Shown one piece after another: positions 41,800 to 48,330 of a stretch of 48,330 nucleotides of DNA. The notes beneath the pieces were generated by a model. The model had not been told where the DNA came from. It did no database searches and was given only the letters and a program-made list of their open reading frames with translations. Each line of letters opens with the position of its first letter. Positions within the stretch are counted from its first letter, which is position 1. A program made the translations under genes and the position numbers. Source of the DNA: an uncultured Gammaproteobacteria bacterium (GTDB taxonomy: Bacteria; Patescibacteriota; Patescibacteriia; UBA9934; CAZDDW01). The stretch is from positions 346,158-394,487 of the forward strand of contig OZ246408.1 in the NCBI GenBank assembly GCA_965231015.1. Reading direction: 5' to 3'.

Positions 41800-43578
41800 A
41801 TGGAAATTCCACATTTATTTAAACAGATCAGTAAATTTTATAGAATTTTAATCTTCACCATTCTTGGAGGACAGTTTTTGGCTTTAGGGATTAGCTTTGG
41901 GTATACCGCGCTCAAATCTGAACCAGAAATTTTAGTTGATTATTCTTCTACTGAAATAGTTGAGTTTCAATATGAATCAAATCCGGAATACAGCTCCGGT
42001 TTGTACGGACAGGATTTTTATGACTTGGCCTATGATGATATTGGGGCAGTTGACCACACTAGCTCGCTCAGTGGTATATCAGCTCATCACTTGTTGGTTG
42101 GTAATAAGATTGCAGAGTTATTTGAGACAGTTAGCTCAGACGAAATTGAAACCGTGGTTGTAATAAGTCCGAATCATTTTGATTCAGGACGTTCAGCGGC
42201 TCAAATATCATACGGCAGCTGGGAAACACCCTATGGATTGCTTGAAAACGATCGAGGCCATGTGACCGAGCTCTTAGAAGCAATTAAGTTTTTACGATTA
42301 GAAGAAATTACTTTTGAAAATGAACACGGTGTATCCGGTTTAACCCCTTTTATCAAGCGTTCTTTTCCAAACGCAAAAATTGTTCCATTGGTGTTGCATG
42401 AAGATTTGACTTGGGAAGAGAGTGAAAAGATCGCTCAAGCCATTGTTGAGTTAGTGCCGGACGCTTTTGTTCTGGCGAGCATTGATATGTCGCACTACTT
42501 GCCGGAGTATGTGTCGAGCTTTCATGATGACGTGACTCTGCGAACTATCGCGCAGGGTGGTTGCGCAGACTGTGAGCTCGAGATCGATTCGAACGCGTCC
42601 ATGCGCGTGCTATGGGCTGTGAATGAAGCTCGCGGAACCCAGGTTTGGAACAAGGTTTATCGGGGTAGTTCGGTTAAGATGGGTGCGGCCAAAGAATATA
42701 AAGACAATACCAGCCATATCATCGGATACTTTACAGATGGCGAGCCAGTGGAATCCAACATGGTCAGTCTGACTTTTATTGGAGACATTATGCTTAGTCG
42801 ATACGTTGGTGACCTGATCGAAGCTAACAGTCCGTACTACCCTTGGAACAACATCCAGGCTCTGCTCAAAGGATCGGATTATGTAGTTGGAAATTTTGAA
42901 GGTCAGATTTGTGCCGGAAAACACGATCCAAATGATGCTGAGCCGCCGTATCAGTTTTCAAGCACCCGCGAAGCCGTGCAAGCTATGTCGGACTATATTG
43001 ATATTGTAAGTCTTTCCAATAATCACACCATGGATTTCGGTTTAGCTTGTTTTGCGGAAACCAAAACGACCCTGGACGAGATCGGAGTTGAACATTTTGG
43101 CGGTTATTTTTATTCGGATGAGATTTTACGATTGAGCTCGGGGGAGATCGAGATAAGTTTGATTGGCTATAACCAGTTTGGAGCCAGCCTCGACGACGTG
43201 CTCGAGTTAATCGAGATCGAATCAGCTGATCGATTTGTAATCGTGTACCCGCACTGGGGAACCGAGTACGTTACGAGCTCGACAATCACTCAAGAAGCCA
43301 TGGCCGAGCAAATGGTCGCGGCTGGAGCAAATCTTGTGATCGGCTCACACCCGCATGTGATTGAGAACCAAGATCTTATTGATTCATCTGAAGTTTACTA
43401 TTCACTCGGTAACTTTATCTTTGATCAGAATCTACCAGGCACTAATCAAGGTCTGGCAGTTGGTGTGATAATCGAAGAAGGGGAAGTAACTACCTACAAA
43501 ATGCCATTTAATATTGAAACTAGTCGTCCAACTCCCATGAATGATTCCGAAGCTAAGGACATTATTGATTCCTTGTAG
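41800..43578 (+). CDS. fusion protein: Memo-like (AmmeMemoRadiSam system protein B) N-terminal domain + CapA/PGA_cap metallophosphatase C-terminal domain
   Basis: Memo half: SAHHLLVG, VVISPNHF, WETPYG, ENEHGVSGLTPFIK, IDMSHYL. CapA half: LTFIGDIML, GNFEG, SLSNNHTMDFG, YPHWGTEY, GSHPHV. Confidence 0.7.
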   Translation: MEIPHLFKQISKFYRILIFTILGGQFLALGISFGYTALKSEPEILVDYSSTEIVEFQYESNPEYSSGLYGQDFYDLAYDDIGAVDHTSSLSGISAHHLLVGNKIAELFETVSSDEIETVVVISPNHFDSGRSAAQISYGSWETPYGLLENDRGHVTELLEAIKFLRLEEITFENEHGVSGLTPFIKRSFPNAKIVPLVLHEDLTWEESEKIAQAIVELVPDAFVLASIDMSHYLPEYVSSFHDDVTLRTIAQGGCADCELEIDSNASMRVLWAVNEARGTQVWNKVYRGSSVKMGAAKEYKDNTSHIIGYFTDGEPVESNMVSLTFIGDIMLSRYVGDLIEANSPYYPWNNIQALLKGSDYVVGNFEGQICAGKHDPNDAEPPYQFSSTREAVQAMSDYIDIVSLSNNHTMDFGLACFAETKTTLDEIGVEHFGGYFYSDEILRLSSGEIEISLIGYNQFGASLDDVLELIEIESADRFVIVYPHWGTEYVTSSTITQEAMAEQMVAAGANLVIGSHPHVIENQDLIDSSEVYYSLGNFIFDQNLPGTNQGLAVGVIIEEGEVTTYKMPFNIETSRPTPMNDSEAKDIIDSL

Positions 43579-43624
43579 ATTCAGCCAAAATTTGCTATTT
43601 TAAAGATAATATTAACTTTGATAT

Positions 43625-45484
43625 ATGAAAGAAGAGAATAAAAATCCGCTTCAAGAAGAAATGGTTGCCAAAACCAGTTCTGTGGGTCGGGTGGTTTTAA
43701 TAATCCTCGGTTTTTTGGTCATCTTTGCCGCTGGTTTGGCCATTGGTTGGTTTTTCCAGAGCCGGGCTAATGACACCACTCAACCGGTGGTTCTTGACCA
43801 GACCCAGCAACAAGATCATGAACTCGAACAACTAACTGACAATCAGAAAGAAGAGCTTGAAGAAAAGCTTCAAGATTCGACCCCGCGCTTGTATGAAAAC
43901 CCGGATACGGTGCAAGTTGATTGGCTTCCGGTTGATGAACAATATCCAACGGATTCAGATTACCGGTTAGTTGATATTTTCTTTGCCGACGTCATGTCTC
44001 AGGAGTTGTCCGGCAACGGAGCCGGAGCCAAAACTTATGTTCTCGGAACAGTGGAAGGTGGAGAATATGATGGTTATGAATTGCAACACTTTATGGCCGG
44101 TTTGACTGGAATGGGAACATATATCAACGGCATGTATCTTTTGGTGAGCGAAGAAGAGTTTCCAAATAACGTTATTGTCTTGGGAAATTATCTAACCCAA
44201 GTAAGTCTTGTGTTTTCTCATCCTTCAGAATACAGGGAACCTAATGAGTTGTTTTACGGCGGGGAATGGGAGGAAATAGAAGAACAGTTCACCGTTGATT
44301 ACGGGGCTAAAATTAACGAGCTGGAGATTTCTGAAAAAATCACGGATGAAAACGGAGTTGATTTATATTCAACCGGAGTGTGGGTGCGCAGTGATTATCC
44401 GTATAATTTTCCAATGGAAGACTTTGAAGTTATTACGACCACAACAGACGGGATTGAATTGCGAATATACAAAGATGACGAACATGGTTATATTGGTAAG
44501 GAGAATGCTTTCTTCTATGTGCGTGAGGATGGTCGGATTGAATTTATTGCCATGGAAATCCCATTTTATGAAGCCGGCGACACTTTTGATGAGATTATCC
44601 CGGAAATAACTTGGAACAATGGAACCGAAAATTCGGTTGGTTATATTTCGCACGCAATCACTGGTTGTGGTTATTCGGATCAGTATAAAGTGGTTGATGA
44701 TGAGTCGATTACAAATAATTTGGTGGCCGCGGGAACATATTTGGGAAACGGCACCGTTTTTGAGCCGGCTGATCTTGACAGTGAGTACTATCGAGATTAT
44801 TACGAAACTTGGTCTAATCTAAACCCGGAAGAAAAAACTTGGGAAGATTTTACGGCCGGTCATCCATTCTTTTATTGGCAGGATACGTATGGTCGTTGGC
44901 TTGAGTTCATGAGTGTTGATGTAATGCCAGCGGTTGAATGTGGCAAACCGGTGATTTATTTATACCCGGAAGAAAAAATGGAGATAGGAGTCGAGATCGA
45001 TCTTGAAAAGATGAGTTATTCTGAACCGGAATACAAAGATGGTTGGGAGGTAGTGGCGTATCCGGATGGCACGCTCGTGGAGCTCGAGACCGGGGAAGAG
45101 TATCCTTATTTGTTCTGGGAAGGACTGGGAGAAAGCTATACCTCGCCAGTGAATTATTGGGTGGTGACTCAAGACGAAGTTGAACCATTCTTGGTCGAGA
45201 CGTTGGGAAGGCTTGGACTGAACGAGCAAGAAATCACTGACTTTAATGAGTTTTGGTTACCACGTATGGAGAGCGCGCCATACTACCAGGTCGGTTTTCA
45301 TGGGACAGAGGTGATGAATCAGCTGGCACCACTAAGTTTAACTGAAAGCCCTGATTCGATTTTACGCATCTTGATGGACTACCAGGAACTTGATGTGTTA
45401 ATTCCAGCCAATCCACCAAAATTCTTACCAACCTTTGAGCGCGGTGGTTTTACTTTAGTTGAGTGGGGTGGAGTTTTAAGGTAA
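43625..45484 (+). CDS. large membrane-anchored extracytoplasmic protein, function unknown
   Basis: 619-aa track ORF with a single N-terminal TM (VVLIILGFLVIFAAGLAIGWFF). Confidence 0.6.
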   Translation: MKEENKNPLQEEMVAKTSSVGRVVLIILGFLVIFAAGLAIGWFFQSRANDTTQPVVLDQTQQQDHELEQLTDNQKEELEEKLQDSTPRLYENPDTVQVDWLPVDEQYPTDSDYRLVDIFFADVMSQELSGNGAGAKTYVLGTVEGGEYDGYELQHFMAGLTGMGTYINGMYLLVSEEEFPNNVIVLGNYLTQVSLVFSHPSEYREPNELFYGGEWEEIEEQFTVDYGAKINELEISEKITDENGVDLYSTGVWVRSDYPYNFPMEDFEVITTTTDGIELRIYKDDEHGYIGKENAFFYVREDGRIEFIAMEIPFYEAGDTFDEIIPEITWNNGTENSVGYISHAITGCGYSDQYKVVDDESITNNLVAAGTYLGNGTVFEPADLDSEYYRDYYETWSNLNPEEKTWEDFTAGHPFFYWQDTYGRWLEFMSVDVMPAVECGKPVIYLYPEEKMEIGVEIDLEKMSYSEPEYKDGWEVVAYPDGTLVELETGEEYPYLFWEGLGESYTSPVNYWVVTQDEVEPFLVETLGRLGLNEQEITDFNEFWLPRMESAPYYQVGFHGTEVMNQLAPLSLTESPDSILRILMDYQELDVLIPANPPKFLPTFERGGFTLVEWGGVLR

Positions 45485-45496
45485 AATAAAACAGTT

Positions 45497-46558
45497 ATGT
45501 TAGAATTTATTTTCGATATAATATCGGCCGTCTTATTTTTGGCTGCGATTGTCTTGTTTTTCCGAGTCTTTTTAAAGACATCCGGAGTGCGTTATCAGTT
45601 TTTGTGGGTGGTTATGCTGCTCTTCACCATGTTTTTTTTAGTGGCTTATGTCATCATGGCCTATGAGCACGCTACTGGATCAGTCATTGCCGACGTTAAC
45701 ACTATTCAGACCTGGACTTTCTTAATCGGGTCAGCTTATGTTTTTGTGGTGGCTTGGCTTATCAATACTTTAGTACAAGGTTTTGAAAACGCTACTGAAA
45801 AAGAAAGAAAAAAAATAAAAAAAGATTTGGGAACTGAGTTGCAAAAACAAAAAGAATTGGTACGCAATAAGGATCATTTTATCTTTGTAGCTGCGCACGA
45901 ACTACGCAGTCCGATTACGTCTATCAAGTGGAACATGGAGATGCTGCAGGAAGGGAAGTGTTTAAAAGAACCTGATGAAGATGATAAAACCATTGTTGAA
46001 AATTTAGACCGATCAATTGGACAGCTAACCGATCTTATCAATGATTTGTTAGACACCTCCCGAATTGAATATGGGACTTACAAAATCACGGTTGAACCAT
46101 TTGATATGGTCAGAGCTATTGAAGAAGTGATTAAAGAAAATGAATTTTCAGTCGAAGAACATCAGGTAAGGGTGGTCTTCAAGGCACCGGAAAAATTTGA
46201 GCACCAAGTCTTTGCAGATAAAAAACGTACCAAAGAGGCATTGACTAATCTTTTCAGCAACGCGATAAAATATAATTCTAAAAACGGACAGGTGGAAATA
46301 ACCCTGCAAGAAAAAGATGGTCAGGTTGTGGTGGAGGTCAAGGATCAGGGGATTGGTCTTTCAAAATCTGATCAAGAAAAACTGTTCAAGAAATTTTCGC
46401 GAATTGATCGGGATGAGACAGAAAAGATTACAGGTACAGGACTCGGGCTTTTTGTTACTCAGCAGATAATTCAACGCATGGGTGGACGAATTTGGGTCAA
46501 AAGTGCCGGTCGGGGCAAGGGCTCGACTTTTGGGTTTTCTTTACCGGTAAAGAAATAA
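45497..46558 (+). CDS. sensor histidine kinase (no adjacent response regulator)
   Basis: Three TM helices. H-box FVAAHELRSPITSI, N-box LFSNAIKYN, G-box GTGLGLFVTQQII. Confidence 0.8.
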   Translation: MLEFIFDIISAVLFLAAIVLFFRVFLKTSGVRYQFLWVVMLLFTMFFLVAYVIMAYEHATGSVIADVNTIQTWTFLIGSAYVFVVAWLINTLVQGFENATEKERKKIKKDLGTELQKQKELVRNKDHFIFVAAHELRSPITSIKWNMEMLQEGKCLKEPDEDDKTIVENLDRSIGQLTDLINDLLDTSRIEYGTYKITVEPFDMVRAIEEVIKENEFSVEEHQVRVVFKAPEKFEHQVFADKKRTKEALTNLFSNAIKYNSKNGQVEITLQEKDGQVVVEVKDQGIGLSKSDQEKLFKKFSRIDRDETEKITGTGLGLFVTQQIIQRMGGRIWVKSAGRGKGSTFGFSLPVKK

Positions 46559-46614
46559 AACTCTTGCCAAATTCGTAAAAATAGTGTTAAATATGGTTCG
46601 TTAATGAAATTACT

Positions 46615-46725
46615 ATGCCTTGTAAAAAGAAACGTGTTAAACCAACCACCGGAGTCAAAGTTCCAAAGCTTAAGACTCGTGCCAAAAAGTTCAAAGCCAA
46701 GGCCGGTGGTAAAAAGATAAAATAA
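46615..46725 (+). CDS. 36-aa lysine-rich micropeptide MPCKKKRVKPTTGVKVPKLKTRAKKFKAKAGGKKIK
   Basis: Not in the ORF track. Candidate promoter upstream: TTGCCA (46564-46569), 17 nt, TTAAAT. Terminator directly downstream. Confidence 0.4.
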   Translation: MPCKKKRVKPTTGVKVPKLKTRAKKFKAKAGGKKIK

Positions 46726-46730
46726 GTGAT

Positions 46731-46759
46731 CCGCCCTCAAAAAAGAAGGGGGCGGTTTC
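46731..46759 (+). terminator. rho-independent terminator
   Basis: CCGCCC-loop-GGGCGG followed by TTTCGTATT. Confidence 0.55.
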
Positions 46760-46767
46760 GTATTATT

Positions 46768-47979
46768 ATGAAAAGATGGGGGACAATCCTGATCTTGGTT
46801 GGAATTGCCGCGGTACTAACCGCCAGCTTTTTTGTTATTCGGGCCTTAGCTTCACATTCAGTGGATTTTGGTTCGGTACCAAATGAAGAGGATTTGGTAA
46901 CACAGGTTTTGGAGGATCGGTTGGCCAAGCTTGAACAGGGGGACGTACAGGATTTGGGGTCTGAACATGAGATTAATATTTTGTTGCTTGGGCTTGATTC
47001 ACGCAAAACTTGGGAAGGGGCTCATTGTGATGCTATCCATATGTTCACCTTCAACCTGGATACAGATACTCTCACTATTACTTCAGTGCCACGCGGTACC
47101 TATTCATACATTCCCAATGGCCCTTATGGTGAAACCGAATATTATCTGGCCAACGCCTGTTATTATGCCGGACTTGATTATGGAATTGAACAGATTGAAA
47201 GATACGTTGGCAAAAAACATGATTATTTAGTAACGGTTGGTTTTTCCCAAGCCATGGGTTTTTTCCGGTTGTTTGATTTACCGGAAATTGAAACCTTACA
47301 ATGGTTGCGTCATCGGCAAAGTTATCAGATTGGAGAGCCACAGCGATCGCATAATCAAGCTGTGTTTATGAAAGATATGATTATTGATAATTTTGATACC
47401 GTAATTCATGAGTTTAATTTACCACTACAATACATTGCGTTTCGGATGGTGAACACGGATATGGATTTTGCTACAGCCCGCGGTTTGCTGGCGGTGGCTG
47501 AAGACACGGGCTTATCAAAGAACCCGGATAAAATTGTTCTACAAATGAGGCCGTACTATGAAACCGTTGACTTACACTTTGATCCGGAGACAATAGATGA
47601 TCAGCTGTCTGCAATCACTGAATTCTTACGCCCATACCTTAATGAGGAAGACTTATCAGAAAAAAGTGCTGAAGAAATTCAGGCTGAACTGGTTGATTAT
47701 CTTGATTACCGACTCGGTCTTGAAGATTCCGTGACTGATGTGTTTGAACAGCAAATGTGGCGACAGATTAATGATGAAGGTGAACGAGAGCGGCTACATT
47801 ACGCCTATGTTGAGCGATATGCTTATGAAGTGGGTTCGGAGGATTCGGCCATGGCTGCTGAACAGACGGTTTTGGACTACGTTTTAGAAAAAGAGGTGCT
47901 AGGACCGGAAGAGTATGCTAAAATGGGGGCAACTTTACACGAAGAAATAATAGAACTATATGGCTACGACGTTATTTAG
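46768..47979 (+). CDS. LytR-CpsA-Psr (LCP) family protein
   Basis: ATG at 46768 (MKRWGTILILVG, TM). Contains INILLLGLDSR and TITSVPRGTY. Confidence 0.8.
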   Translation: MKRWGTILILVGIAAVLTASFFVIRALASHSVDFGSVPNEEDLVTQVLEDRLAKLEQGDVQDLGSEHEINILLLGLDSRKTWEGAHCDAIHMFTFNLDTDTLTITSVPRGTYSYIPNGPYGETEYYLANACYYAGLDYGIEQIERYVGKKHDYLVTVGFSQAMGFFRLFDLPEIETLQWLRHRQSYQIGEPQRSHNQAVFMKDMIIDNFDTVIHEFNLPLQYIAFRMVNTDMDFATARGLLAVAEDTGLSKNPDKIVLQMRPYYETVDLHFDPETIDDQLSAITEFLRPYLNEEDLSEKSAEEIQAELVDYLDYRLGLEDSVTDVFEQQMWRQINDEGERERLHYAYVERYAYEVGSEDSAMAAEQTVLDYVLEKEVLGPEEYAKMGATLHEEIIELYGYDVI

Positions 47980-47983
47980 CTCA

Positions 47984-48330
47984 ATGACCGAGCAAGAGAA
48001 AAATACAGCAATTAAAGAAATTATTGCTGAATCAAGTCCACGTCATGATTTCTTTTTAATGGTTGTGCTGGCAGTTTTAATGGCGACTTTTGGTTTAATG
48101 CTCAATAACACGGCCGTGGTGATTGGTTCCATGCTCGTGGCGCCTATTTTGTCACCAATTTTAAGTGTATCGCTTGGAATTGTGATGGCAGATTTTAGAT
48201 TAATCGCTCGATCGTTTATCACTATTGTTAAGTCTTTGGGTCTGGCGATTCCGGCTTCGACTGTGGTAACCCTGCTTTTTATGACAACAACCGATGTGAA
48301 TATTCAATTTAACACGGAAATTATTTCACG
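47984..48330 (+). CDS. DUF389 family membrane protein, N-terminal part (3' end outside window)
   Basis: ESSPRHDFFLMVVLAVLMATFGLMLNNTAVVIGSMLVAPILSPIL. An alternative ATG is at 47960. Confidence 0.6.
   Translation, partial: MTEQEKNTAIKEIIAESSPRHDFFLMVVLAVLMATFGLMLNNTAVVIGSMLVAPILSPILSVSLGIVMADFRLIARSFITIVKSLGLAIPASTVVTLLFMTTTDVNIQFNTEIIS

Noticed and set aside
46471-46740. 89-aa minus-strand ORF
   Set aside because: It lies antisense to the histidine kinase 3' end and the Lys-rich micro-ORF unit. It has no expression signals and runs through a terminator hairpin.

Overview
Low-GC bacterial chromosome segment (24 G+C of 60 nt at 5521-5580). Compact, mostly plus-strand housekeeping genes: xseAB, archaeal-type pyrH, rplJ-rplL, mreB, holB, frr, glyQS, tpiA, a tRNA-Thr/Tyr/Thr cluster and rpmG. 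Also present: a cell-envelope glycan cluster (three GT2, DUF4012, MreB, GT4; further on a Memo-CapA fusion and an LCP protein), a zur-znuACB zinc operon and an ECF sigma module. Gene content and style fit a Patescibacteria (CPR)-like organism; that is inference only. Main anomalies: (1) Four sharply GC-rich islets sit in intergenic gaps. The largest (16.5-19.0 kb; 40 of 60 G+C at 17221-17280) carries host-like promoters, terminators and strong SD sites. It encodes a 57-aa His/Cys-rich peptide, a 36-aa hydrophobic peptide behind an 18-bp long-range helix, and a 371-aa protein of unknown function. (2) A ~4.1-kb island abuts tRNA-Trp, is bounded by a perfect 76-bp direct repeat, and carries an S8 protease operon, a possible decayed recombinase and a self-contained sRNA-like unit. 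(3) Unannotated micro-ORFs: a Cys-rich membrane peptide in the zinc operon and a Lys-rich 36-aa unit. Also a reading frame with two in-frame TAA codons and a highly structured spacer inside the tRNA cluster. No CRISPR array, rRNA or intact transposase/integrase was seen. All functional calls rest on motif recognition by eye; no database search was run.
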